Both the position numbers and the translations under genes were made by a program. This document shows, piece by piece, positions 9,072 through 17,798 of a stretch of DNA of 55,972 nt (position 1 is its first letter; every line of letters begins with the position of its first letter). Source of the DNA: Pseudomonadota bacterium (GTDB lineage: Bacteria; Myxococcota; JACRCW01; JAFGSX01). The notes beneath the pieces are model-generated. The model had not been told where the DNA came from. It ran no database searches and worked only from the letters and a program-made list of their open reading frames with translations. The stretch covers positions 1 to 55,972 of the forward strand of contig JBDRCO010000130.1 of the NCBI GenBank assembly GCA_043821645.1. Direction: 5' to 3'.

Positions 9072-10375
9072 CCACCTGGCAACCTGGCCCCATCAGCCGC
9101 GCCCTGCTCGAGCGTGCGCGCAAGGTCATCCCCGGCGGCGTCAACTCACCCGTGCGCGCGTTCCGGGCGGTGGGGGGCGAGCCTTACTTCGTGGCTCGCG
9201 CCCAGGGCCCCTACGTGTGGGACGTCGACGGCAACCAGTACATCGACTACATCGGGTCCTGGGGCCCCATGATCCTCGGCCATGCCGACCCCGGGGTGCT
9301 TGAGGCCCTGCAGCGCGCCATGGCCGGCAGTACCTCCTTCGGCGCACCCAGCGCGGGCGAGGTCGAGCTGGCCGAGCTGGTGTGTCAGATGGTGCCGTCG
9401 GTGGAGGTGCTGCGCCTGGTCAACTCGGGCACCGAGGCGACCATGAGCGCGGTGCGCCTGGCGCGCGCGGCCACCGGCCGGCCCAAGATGATCAAGTTCG
9501 AGGGCTGCTACCACGGCCATGGCGACATGTTCCTGATCAAGGCGGGCTCGGGTGCAGCCACCTTTGGCCAGCCCGACAGCCCGGGTATCACCGAGGGCGT
9601 GGCGCGCGACACTCTCAACGCGCGCTACAACGACCTGGACTCGGTGCGCTCGCTGCTCGACGCCAACAAGGACCAGGTGGCGGCCATCATCGTCGAGCCC
9701 GTGGTCGGCAACATGGGCTGCGTGCCGCCCGTCGACGGCTTCCTGCGCGGCCTGCGCAGCCTGTGCGATCAGCACGGGTGCCTGCTCATCTTCGACGAGG
9801 TGATGACGGGTTTTCGGGTGCACCCGGGCTGCGCCCAGAGTCTGTACGGCGTGAAGCCCGACCTGACCACCCTGGGCAAGGTCATCGGCGGCGGTCTGCC
9901 CGTGGGCGCCTACGGCGGCCGCGCGGACCTGATGATGCAGGTGTCCCCTGCCGGGCCGATGTACCAGGCCGGAACCCTGAGCGGCAATCCGCTGGCCGTG
10001 GCTGCGGGCCTGGCCACCCTGCGCCGCCTGCATCAGCACCCCGAGCTGTTCGAGGGCCTCGAGGCGCGCGGTGCCCAGCTGGCGACGGGCCTGGCCCAGG
10101 CCGCCAGCGCCGCGGGGCTGCCGCACGTGGTGAACCGGGTTGGCTCCATGTTCAGCCTGTTCCTGGTGGCCGGGCCGGTGCACAGCTGGGACGACCTCCA
10201 GGACGCCGACCGTGATCTGTTCAGCCGCCTGTTCCAGGGGCTGCTGAGGCGTGGCGTGTCCATCGCGCCCAGCGCGTTCGAGGCCGGCTTCCTGTCGACC
10301 ACACACACGCCCGAGCTCATCGTCCGCACCCTCGATGCCTACGGCGAGGCCCTGCGCGAGGCCGCCGCCGGCTGA
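9068..10375 (+). CDS. hemL: Glutamate-1-semialdehyde 2,1-aminomutase
   Basis: IPGGVNSPVRAF, NSGTEATM, FEGCYHGH, FDEVMTGFR, LGKVIGGG, YQAGTLSGNP. ATGA overlap with hemD. Confidence 0.98.
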   Translation: MTTWQPGPISRALLERARKVIPGGVNSPVRAFRAVGGEPYFVARAQGPYVWDVDGNQYIDYIGSWGPMILGHADPGVLEALQRAMAGSTSFGAPSAGEVELAELVCQMVPSVEVLRLVNSGTEATMSAVRLARAATGRPKMIKFEGCYHGHGDMFLIKAGSGAATFGQPDSPGITEGVARDTLNARYNDLDSVRSLLDANKDQVAAIIVEPVVGNMGCVPPVDGFLRGLRSLCDQHGCLLIFDEVMTGFRVHPGCAQSLYGVKPDLTTLGKVIGGGLPVGAYGGRADLMMQVSPAGPMYQAGTLSGNPLAVAAGLATLRRLHQHPELFEGLEARGAQLATGLAQAASAAGLPHVVNRVGSMFSLFLVAGPVHSWDDLQDADRDLFSRLFQGLLRRGVSIAPSAFEAGFLSTTHTPELIVRTLDAYGEALREAAAG

Positions 10376-10480
10376 ACGCCCCCGGAGTGGCCCCCGGCAC
10401 CTGCGCACCGCGACGCGCTCGCTACATGGCGTGCGGGAGGGCGACGACCGCAACGCTCGCGGTGGTCGACCAAGGCGGGC

Positions 10481-10684
10481 ATGGCCAAGATCTTCAACGA
10501 CAACCTCAAGCGCGTGCGCCAGCTGACCAACGAGATGCTGGCTCTTGCCGACGAGGGCGACAATGAGCGCAACGACTCGTCCTGCGGCATCCTGTACGGC
10601 ATCCTGCGCGACATGGCCTACCGCCTGCGCGACCTGGCCGACGCCGAGTGCGCGCACCATCGCCGCGAGGGCAAGTGGGACTGA
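10481..10684 (+). CDS. Small hypothetical protein (67 aa, helical, CGILYGILRD motif)
   Basis: Strong GC3 codon bias, protein-like composition, and it fills the gap between hemL and the ferritin-like genes. Confidence 0.8.
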   Translation: MAKIFNDNLKRVRQLTNEMLALADEGDNERNDSSCGILYGILRDMAYRLRDLADAECAHHRREGKWD

Positions 10685-10873
10685 GCCACCCCTTCCGTGG
10701 CCCGCGCCTCTCCAATTCCTACTGTCGTGCTGACCACCGACGCCGGTTGAACGGCCTGCAGCGCTCTGGCATGGTGGCGCCGCCAGCGAGAGTGTTGGCG
10801 ATCGGGCGCCTTCGCAGACCAGCGTGCAGCGCGCGCGTCAGAGGGTCCCGGAACCCACGAGGAGAGGTGAGCT

Positions 10874-11329
10874 ATGAGCCAGTGGAAGGCCGTCGACGAG
10901 GTGCTGGATTTTGCCATCGACCGGGAGCAAGAGGCCCACGACTTTTACGTGGATCTCGCCCGCAAGGTGGACATGCCGTGGATGAAGGCAACCTTCGAGG
11001 AATTTGCCAAGGAAGAGGCCGGCCACAAGGCCAAGATCCAGGGCCTCAAGCAGGGCAAGAAGTTGCAGACGTCGGAGAAGAAGGTGCTGGATCTCAAGAT
11101 CGGCGACTATCTCGTCGACGTCACGCCCAGCGAGAACATGGACTACCAGGACGCCTTGGTGCTGGCCATGCAGCGCGAGAAGGCCGCATTCAGGCTCTAC
11201 TCCGACCTGGCGCGCCAGAGCATCGATGACAGCGTGCGCACTCTGTTCCTGGGCCTGGCCCAGGAAGAAGCCAGGCACAAGCTGCGCTTCGAGGTCGAGT
11301 ACGACGACAGGGTGCTCAAGGAAAACTAG
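10874..11329 (+). CDS. Rubrerythrin/ferritin-like diiron protein (no rubredoxin domain)
   Basis: Two E...EExxH halves: REQEAHDFY...EEAGH and REKAAFRLY...EEARH. GAGGTG RBS. Confidence 0.92.
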   Translation: MSQWKAVDEVLDFAIDREQEAHDFYVDLARKVDMPWMKATFEEFAKEEAGHKAKIQGLKQGKKLQTSEKKVLDLKIGDYLVDVTPSENMDYQDALVLAMQREKAAFRLYSDLARQSIDDSVRTLFLGLAQEEARHKLRFEVEYDDRVLKEN

Positions 11330-11450
11330 GCTCGAGGCCCCGCGACCCCGCTCAGGGCTTCCGGTTCTCAGGGTGGGAGGCGACGGGTTTGTCTCCAGCC
11401 TGGACACGGCATGGGCCCGGATGGCCACGCGGTGTTCCCGGTGCTAGGTG

Positions 11451-11474
11451 AAAAAAAAGACGGATCACACCGTC
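11451..11474 (-). terminator. Intrinsic-terminator-like hairpin plus T8 on the antisense strand of the ferritin leader
   Basis: Minus strand GACGG-TGTGAT-CCGTC-TTTTTTTT. Confidence 0.5.
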
Positions 11475-11491
11475 CATAAAAGGAGCCCCCG

Positions 11492-12010
11492 ATGCTGAGT
11501 CCAAAGCTGCAGGACGCGCTGAACGAGCAGATCAACTTCGAGCTGTACTCGGCCTACGTCTATTTTTCGATGACCGCCTATTTCAAGGAGAAGAACCTCA
11601 ACGGCTTTGCCAACTGGATGCACGTGCAGACCATGGAAGAGATGGTCCACGTCGACAAGTTCTTCAACTTCGTCGCCGAGCGCCAGGGCCGGGTCAAGCT
11701 CTCGCCCATCAAGGGCCCCGACATCGAGTGGGCCTCGCCGCTGGCTGCCATGCAGGACGCATACAAGCACGAGACCGAGGTCACCCGGCGCATCCACAAG
11801 CTGGTCGACCTGGCCCTCGCAGAGAGCGATCACGCCTCCAACACCTTCCTGCAGTGGTTCGTCAACGAGCAGGTCGAGGAAGAGGCCAATGCCGACGCCG
11901 TGGTGCAGCAGCTCAAGATGGTCGGCAACGAGGGCTATGGCCTGTTCATGATAGACCGCGAGCTGGCCACCCGCGTGTTCGTGCCCCCCGCCGCCGGCGC
12001 CGCCGCCTGA
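11492..12010 (+). CDS. ftnA: Non-haem ferritin
   Basis: LNEQINFELYSAYVY, EEMVH, HETEVT, FLQWFVNEQVEEE. AGGAG RBS. Confidence 0.95.
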   Translation: MLSPKLQDALNEQINFELYSAYVYFSMTAYFKEKNLNGFANWMHVQTMEEMVHVDKFFNFVAERQGRVKLSPIKGPDIEWASPLAAMQDAYKHETEVTRRIHKLVDLALAESDHASNTFLQWFVNEQVEEEANADAVVQQLKMVGNEGYGLFMIDRELATRVFVPPAAGAAA

Positions 12011-12146
12011 ACCCGCCAGGTCTGGTCCTGGCCACCGCGTTCGGGACGTGACAGCGCCAGCCGGGCTGCGCTAGACATCTGGTCACCCACGCCGGGTACC
12101 CCGCGTCTTCACCGCGGATCCCGCGCGCCGACACAGGAGAGCAGCG

Positions 12147-12656
12147 ATGACCCTTGAAGAGGCAATCAAGACCGCGATCAACTACGAGACCAAGGTACGC
12201 GGCGTCTACCAGGAGGCCGTGGACAAGGCCACCGACGACAAGGGCCGCAAGGTGTTCACCGTGCTGCGCGACGAGGAGCAGGGCCACCTGGACTATTTGG
12301 CAGAGCGCCACGCCGAGTGGAAGAAGTCCGGTCACGTGACCGCGGCCAAGCTGGGCACCGTGATCCCGTCGAAGCAGAAGATCGCCGAGGGCATCAAGAA
12401 CGCGAAGAAGAACGTCGCGGCTCCGGACTACGCCGTCGAGCTGGACATGCTCAAGAAGGCCCTGGCCCTGGAGCTGGAGACCGGCAACTTCTACAAGAAG
12501 ATGGTGGCCCAGCTCGATGCCGAGGGCCAGGCGATGTTCCGGCGCTTCGTCGAGATCGAGGACGGCCACTACGCCATCGTCCAGGCCCAGATGGACGCCA
12601 TCTCCGGCAACGGGTTCTGGTTCGACTCGATGGAGTTCAACCTCGAGATGGGCTGA
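12147..12656 (+). CDS. Rubrerythrin/ferritin-like diiron protein
   Basis: AINYETKVRGVY...EEQGH and ALELETGNFY...IEDGH. C-terminal GFWFDSMEF. AGGAG RBS. Confidence 0.9.
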   Translation: MTLEEAIKTAINYETKVRGVYQEAVDKATDDKGRKVFTVLRDEEQGHLDYLAERHAEWKKSGHVTAAKLGTVIPSKQKIAEGIKNAKKNVAAPDYAVELDMLKKALALELETGNFYKKMVAQLDAEGQAMFRRFVEIEDGHYAIVQAQMDAISGNGFWFDSMEFNLEMG

Positions 12657-12811
12657 TCCTTTCGCGCTGCGGGCCGCGACCTCCCGGGTCCCTCACATCT
12701 CGACGGCGATCCGCGCTGTCCTTGCGCCGGTCGAGGCATTCATTACATACCTTGGGTCCAACCCAAGACCCTCGGTCGCCCATGTCCGCGCCGACAGTGT
12801 GAAGGCCTGCC

Positions 12812-13909
12812 ATGCCACACCGCGAGCTCGCACATTTCAACGTCCAGCACCTGCAGATCCTCGACGAGCACGGGGAGCTGGATGCCGCGCTGGACCCCCA
12901 CCTTGACGACGCCACGGCCCTGCGCCTGTACCGCGTTATGCTGCTGGCCCGCGAGGCCGACCAGCGCATGCTCAAGCTGCAGCGTCAGGGGCGGCTGGGC
13001 ACCTTCCCGCTGTGCACCGGGCAAGAGGCGGCCAGTGTGGCTCCCGCCCTGGCCATGGCGCCCGACGACTGGTTCGTGGGCGCCTTCCGGGAGCTCGGTG
13101 GACGCCTGGCGCGGGGCGAGCCGCTGAGCAACTACATGGCCTATTACAACGGCTGGGAAGAGGGCAACGTGCAGCCCGAAGCTGCGCGCCGGGTGCTGCC
13201 CATCGCCGTGGTGGTGGGCTCACAGCTTCTGCACGCGGTGGGCCTCGCCCAGGCCATGCGCCTGAAGAACGAGAAATCCGCGGTGGTGAGCTTTGTCGGC
13301 GACGGAGGCACCAGCGAGGGCGATTTTCACGAGGCGCTCAACTTCGCCAGCGTGTGGAGCGCCCCAGTGGTGTTCGTCGTGCAGAACAACGGCTGGGCCA
13401 TCTCGATGCCCCGGGCCAAGCAGATGCACTCGCAGACCATTGCCCAGAAGGCCATCGCCTATGACATGCCGGGCCTGCAGGTCGACGGCAACGATGCCCT
13501 GGCCATGTACGCGGCCACCCGGGAGGCCCTGGAGCGGGCCCGCGAGGGCAAGGGTCCGACGCTGATCGAGGCCGTGACCTATCGCCTGCTTCAGCACACC
13601 ACCGCCGACGACCCCAGCAAGTACCGCGCGGACGACGAGGTGCAGGCCTGGTGGCCGCGCGACCCCATCCCGCGCTTCTTCACTTATCTGAAGAGGCGCG
13701 GACTGTGGGACGAGGCTCGACAGGCCGCCCTCGAAGAGGAACTGCGCCTCGAGATCGAACAGGCGGTGCAGGTCTACGAGGCGATGCAGGGGCTCAAGCC
13801 TGACGCGCCCTTCGATCACGTGTGGGCCAAACCCAGCGCCGAGCTCGAGCGGCAGCGCCGGAGTTTCCTCGACAACCTGCAGCGCGACCACGAGGTGAGC
13901 CATGGCTAA
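12812..13909 (+). CDS. pdhA: 2-oxoacid (pyruvate) dehydrogenase E1 alpha subunit
   Basis: LQRQGR, GQEA, ThDP motif GDGGTSEGDFHE...QNN, HTTADDP. Branched-chain specificity is not excluded. Confidence 0.92.
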   Translation: MPHRELAHFNVQHLQILDEHGELDAALDPHLDDATALRLYRVMLLAREADQRMLKLQRQGRLGTFPLCTGQEAASVAPALAMAPDDWFVGAFRELGGRLARGEPLSNYMAYYNGWEEGNVQPEAARRVLPIAVVVGSQLLHAVGLAQAMRLKNEKSAVVSFVGDGGTSEGDFHEALNFASVWSAPVVFVVQNNGWAISMPRAKQMHSQTIAQKAIAYDMPGLQVDGNDALAMYAATREALERAREGKGPTLIEAVTYRLLQHTTADDPSKYRADDEVQAWWPRDPIPRFFTYLKRRGLWDEARQAALEEELRLEIEQAVQVYEAMQGLKPDAPFDHVWAKPSAELERQRRSFLDNLQRDHEVSHG

Positions 13910-14882
13910 GTTGACCATGGTGCAGGCACTCAACCTCGCACTGCGCCAGGAGATGGAACGCGATCCCGACGTGCTGCTGCTGGGCGAGGACATAGGCCCC
14001 GATGGTGGCGTGTTCCGGGTCACCGACGGTCTGCACGCGCAGTTTGGCGAGCAGCGCGTGGTGGACACACCACTGGCCGAGAGCGGCATCCTCGGCGTGG
14101 CCATCGGCATGGCCCTGGCCGGCCTCAAGCCGGTGGTCGAGATGCAGTTCTCGGGCTTCGCCTACCTGATGTACCCCCAGCTCGAGGGCAATGCCTCGCG
14201 CCTGCGCAGCCGGACCCAGGGTCAGCTCAGCGTGCCCCTGGTGGTGCGCATGCCCTACGGTGGCGGCGTGCGCGCCCTCGAGCATCACAGCGAGAGCCGC
14301 GAGGCCCTGTACGCGCACACCCCTGGCGTCAAGGTGGTGATCCCCTCGGGGCCGCGCAATGCGCGCGCGCTCCTGCTGTCGGCGATCCGCGACCCCGACC
14401 CGGTGGTCTTCATGGAGCCCAAGCACTCGTACCGCGCCTTTCGCGAGGAGGTCCCCGACGACGAGGAGACCCTGCCCCTGGGCCAGGCGCAGGTGCTGCA
14501 AGAGGGCTCGGACATCACGGTGGTGGCCTGGGGCGCCATGCTGCACACCGCGCGCGAGGCGGTGAAGCGCCTGACCGCCGCCAGGACCGCGTCCATCGAG
14601 CTCATCGATCTGCTGACCATCAGTCCTCTCGACGTCGACACCATCGTGGCCTCGGTGCACAAGACCGGACGCTGCGTGGTGGTGCAGGAGGCGCCGCGCA
14701 CCCTGGGCCTGGCGTCGGAGATCGTGGCCGTCCTGGGCGACCGCGCCCTGCTGTCGCTGGAGGCGCCGGTGCACCGGGTGACCGGCTACGACGTGGTGAC
14801 ACCCTACTTCGGCCGCGAGAACGGCTACCTGCCGACGACGGGACGGGTCGAGCGAGCCATTGAAGAAACCCTGGCGTTCTGA
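13902..14882 (+). CDS. pdhB: 2-oxoacid dehydrogenase E1 beta subunit
   Basis: GEDIGPDGGVFRVT, DTPLAESG, EMQFSGF, EHHS, DPVVFMEPK. Confidence 0.93.
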   Translation: MAKLTMVQALNLALRQEMERDPDVLLLGEDIGPDGGVFRVTDGLHAQFGEQRVVDTPLAESGILGVAIGMALAGLKPVVEMQFSGFAYLMYPQLEGNASRLRSRTQGQLSVPLVVRMPYGGGVRALEHHSESREALYAHTPGVKVVIPSGPRNARALLLSAIRDPDPVVFMEPKHSYRAFREEVPDDEETLPLGQAQVLQEGSDITVVAWGAMLHTAREAVKRLTAARTASIELIDLLTISPLDVDTIVASVHKTGRCVVVQEAPRTLGLASEIVAVLGDRALLSLEAPVHRVTGYDVVTPYFGRENGYLPTTGRVERAIEETLAF

Positions 14883-14895
14883 CGACGGAGGTTCC

Positions 14896-16224
14896 GTGTA
14901 CGAGTTCAAGCTTCCGGACCTGGGCGAGGGCGTGCACGAGGGCGAGTTGCTCAAGTGGTACGTGCAGGTGGGGGAGACCATCGCGGCGGATGCGCCGCTG
15001 GTCGACGTGGAGACGGACAAGGCGGCGGTGACCATCCCCTCGCCGAAAGGTGGCACCGTCGTGTCGCTGGGTGGCAAGGTGGGCGACACCGTGCACGTGG
15101 GCGCGATCCTCACGGTGATCGACGACGGCAGTGGCGGGGCGCGCGCGACGCCAGCGGCGACACCTCCTGCCGCGACAAAGCCCGCAACCGCCAGCCCTGC
15201 AACCCCTGACGCCGTCCCCTCCGCACCACCTGCAGCGGCGAGCCGACCGGTGCCTGCAGCTCCTGCGACCCGCCGCCTGGCGCGCGAGCTGGGCGTGGAC
15301 CTGCGCCAGGTTCCGGCCACGGGGCCGGCGGGCCGGGTCACCGCCGACGACGTGCAGCGCTTCGCGCAGCAGGGCATCTCGACGCCATCCCCTGCAGTGC
15401 CCGCGACCGGGCCCGGCGACACCGTCACCCCGGCCCGGGCCGTGGCCGAGTTCGCGGCGCACGCGGCCAGTGCCATCCCCTTCCTCGACATCGAGCCCCT
15501 GCCCGAGTTCGAGCAGTGGGGTCCGGTTCAGCGCGAGGCACTGCGCTCGATCCGGCGCAAGGTGGCGCACAAGATGGTGACCTCGATGATCCTGGTGCCA
15601 CATGTGGCACACATGGACGAGGCCGACGTCACCGAACTCGAAGCTTTTCGCCAGCGCGAGAAAGGCAAGCGTACGGGCCAGCGCGGCGGCCACCTGACCC
15701 TGCTTCCCTTCGTCGTCAAGGCGGTGACCGCGGGTCTGCGTGCGGCGCCATCGTTCAACGCCAGCCTGGACCCCTTCAAGGAAGAGCTGATCTACAAGAA
15801 GTTCTTCAACATCGGCATCGCCGCCGACACCGGGCGCGGCCTGGTGGTGCCCGTCGTCAAGAACACCGACCGCAAGAGCATCGTTGAGATCGCCGCCGAC
15901 ATCGAGGACCTCGCCACCCGCGCCCGGGACGGCAAGCTTGACGCCCAGGAACTCAAGGGCGGCACCTTCACCATCACCAACGTGGGCCCCATAGGCGGCA
16001 CGGCCTTGATCCCGGCGATCAACTATCCCGAGGTGGCGATCCTGGGTATGGGCCGGGTGCAGGAGAAGCCCGTGGTGCGCGACGGTCAGATCGTGATCCG
16101 CAAGCTGTTGCCGCTGACCCTGTGCTTCGACCACCGTGTGGCCGACGGCGCCGACGCTGCGCGCTTCGTCAGCGAGCTGGTGCGGCAGCTGTCAGATCCC
16201 AACCTGCTGCTGCTTGAAACCTGA
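14896..16224 (+). CDS. pdhC: Dihydrolipoamide acyltransferase E2
   Basis: GTG after GGAGG. Lipoyl domain FKLPDLGEG...ETDKA, binding domain AAPATRRLARE, catalytic FDHRVADG. Confidence 0.95.
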   Translation: MYEFKLPDLGEGVHEGELLKWYVQVGETIAADAPLVDVETDKAAVTIPSPKGGTVVSLGGKVGDTVHVGAILTVIDDGSGGARATPAATPPAATKPATASPATPDAVPSAPPAAASRPVPAAPATRRLARELGVDLRQVPATGPAGRVTADDVQRFAQQGISTPSPAVPATGPGDTVTPARAVAEFAAHAASAIPFLDIEPLPEFEQWGPVQREALRSIRRKVAHKMVTSMILVPHVAHMDEADVTELEAFRQREKGKRTGQRGGHLTLLPFVVKAVTAGLRAAPSFNASLDPFKEELIYKKFFNIGIAADTGRGLVVPVVKNTDRKSIVEIAADIEDLATRARDGKLDAQELKGGTFTITNVGPIGGTALIPAINYPEVAILGMGRVQEKPVVRDGQIVIRKLLPLTLCFDHRVADGADAARFVSELVRQLSDPNLLLLET

Positions 16225-16285
16225 TGCGTGTTCGAGTTCGAGAGGTATGTGAAGCGTACAGAGGCGACCACAGAGAGGTCACAGC

Positions 16286-17701
16286 ATGGTGATGGGAAGT
16301 TTGAGACAGGCCACCGGTGTCGTCGTCATCGGCGCCGGGCCCGGCGGCTACGTGGCTGCCATCCGGGCCGCCGACCTCGGTCTCGAGGTGACCCTGGTCG
16401 AGGAGAAACCGCGCCTGGGCGGCACCTGCCTGCTCGAGGGATGTATTCCCAGCAAGGCTCTGATCAGCGCGGTCGAGCTCAAGGAAGCCGCGACCCATGC
16501 CCAGAACATCGGTCTGAGCTTCGAGGGCATGAAGGTGGACCTGGACAAGCTGCGCAGCTTCACCGCCGGCGTGGTCGACGGCCTGAGCACGGGGGTGAGT
16601 GGCCTGCTGGAGCGCCGCGGTGTGCAGGTGCTGCATGCCAGGGCGCGCTTCGATGGTCCCAACAGCCTCGCTCTCGAGGGTGGTGAGCTCAGCGGCATCG
16701 ACTTCGAGCACGCCATCATCGCCACCGGCTCGTCCATCCACGAGTTGCCTGCCGCCTACGGGAGCCCGGTGTGGTCGTCGGCCGAGGCCCTCACCCTGCC
16801 CCGGGTACCGTCGAGCCTGCTGGTGGTGGGCGGTGGCTACATCGGCCTGGAGATGGGCCTGGTCTACGCGGGCCTGGGCTCGCAGGTGAGCGTGGTCGAG
16901 TTCTTCCCGCGCCTGCTCATGGGCGCCGACAGCGATCTGGTCGACGTGATGCTGCGCCAGGTGCAGAAGCGCCTGCACCGCATCCTCGTCGACAGCAAGG
17001 TCATCGGGGTCGAGTACAGGCAGGACCACTTCGAGGTCCAGATCGAACACGAGGGCGAGCGCAGCGTCGAGAACTTCGACCAGGTGCTGGTGGCCATAGG
17101 CCGCAAGCCCAACACCGCGGGCCTGGGTCTGCAGGCGCTGGGCATCGTCGTCGACGACAAGGGCTTCGTCGAGACCGACGAGCTGTGCCGCACCGCGCTG
17201 CCGCACATCTTCGCCATCGGCGACATCACCCACGGCCCCATGCTGGCGCACAAGGCCAGCCGCGAGGGCAAGGTGGCTGCCGAAGTCATCGCCGGGCACC
17301 CGGCAGCCTTCGACAACCGCGCGGTGCCCGCGGTGGTGTTCACCGACCCCGAGATCGCCTGGACAGGCCTCACCGAGCGCGAGGCACAGGAGCAGGGTCA
17401 GCCGGTCACCATCGGCCGCTTCCCGCTGTCCGCCCTGGGCCGCGCGCGCACCCTGGGCCGCGTCGACGGGATGTGCAAGATCCTGGTCGATCCCGAGCTC
17501 AAGCTCATCCTGGGCATGGGCATCGTGGGACCCCACGCCAGCGAACTCATCGCCGAGGGCACCCTGGCCATCGAGATGGGCGCCACCCTCGAGGACCTCA
17601 CCATGACCATCCACCCGCACCCGACCTTGAGCGAGGCCATCCTCGAGGCGGCCGAGGTGGCGGCCGGTGCCTCGGTGCATGTGCTGCCCAAGAAGGGCTG
17701 A
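16286..17701 (+). CDS. lpdA: Dihydrolipoyl dehydrogenase E3
   Basis: IGAGPGGY, GGTCLLEGCIPSK, GGGYIGLE, HPHPTLSE. Confidence 0.97.
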   Translation: MVMGSLRQATGVVVIGAGPGGYVAAIRAADLGLEVTLVEEKPRLGGTCLLEGCIPSKALISAVELKEAATHAQNIGLSFEGMKVDLDKLRSFTAGVVDGLSTGVSGLLERRGVQVLHARARFDGPNSLALEGGELSGIDFEHAIIATGSSIHELPAAYGSPVWSSAEALTLPRVPSSLLVVGGGYIGLEMGLVYAGLGSQVSVVEFFPRLLMGADSDLVDVMLRQVQKRLHRILVDSKVIGVEYRQDHFEVQIEHEGERSVENFDQVLVAIGRKPNTAGLGLQALGIVVDDKGFVETDELCRTALPHIFAIGDITHGPMLAHKASREGKVAAEVIAGHPAAFDNRAVPAVVFTDPEIAWTGLTEREAQEQGQPVTIGRFPLSALGRARTLGRVDGMCKILVDPELKLILGMGIVGPHASELIAEGTLAIEMGATLEDLTMTIHPHPTLSEAILEAAEVAAGASVHVLPKKG

Positions 17702-17798
17702 TCGCGCCTCGCCTGCGCTCGGTCTCCCGGGGCAAGGGCCATACGACGTCGCAGCTTTTCATGAAGACTATGGAGCCAGGTCGCCTGGCGCGGTGAGA

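Noticed and set aside
10874-12656. Ferritin-like proteins as encapsulin cargo
   Set aside because: No LTVGSL-type targeting peptide at their termini and no encapsulin gene in the window.
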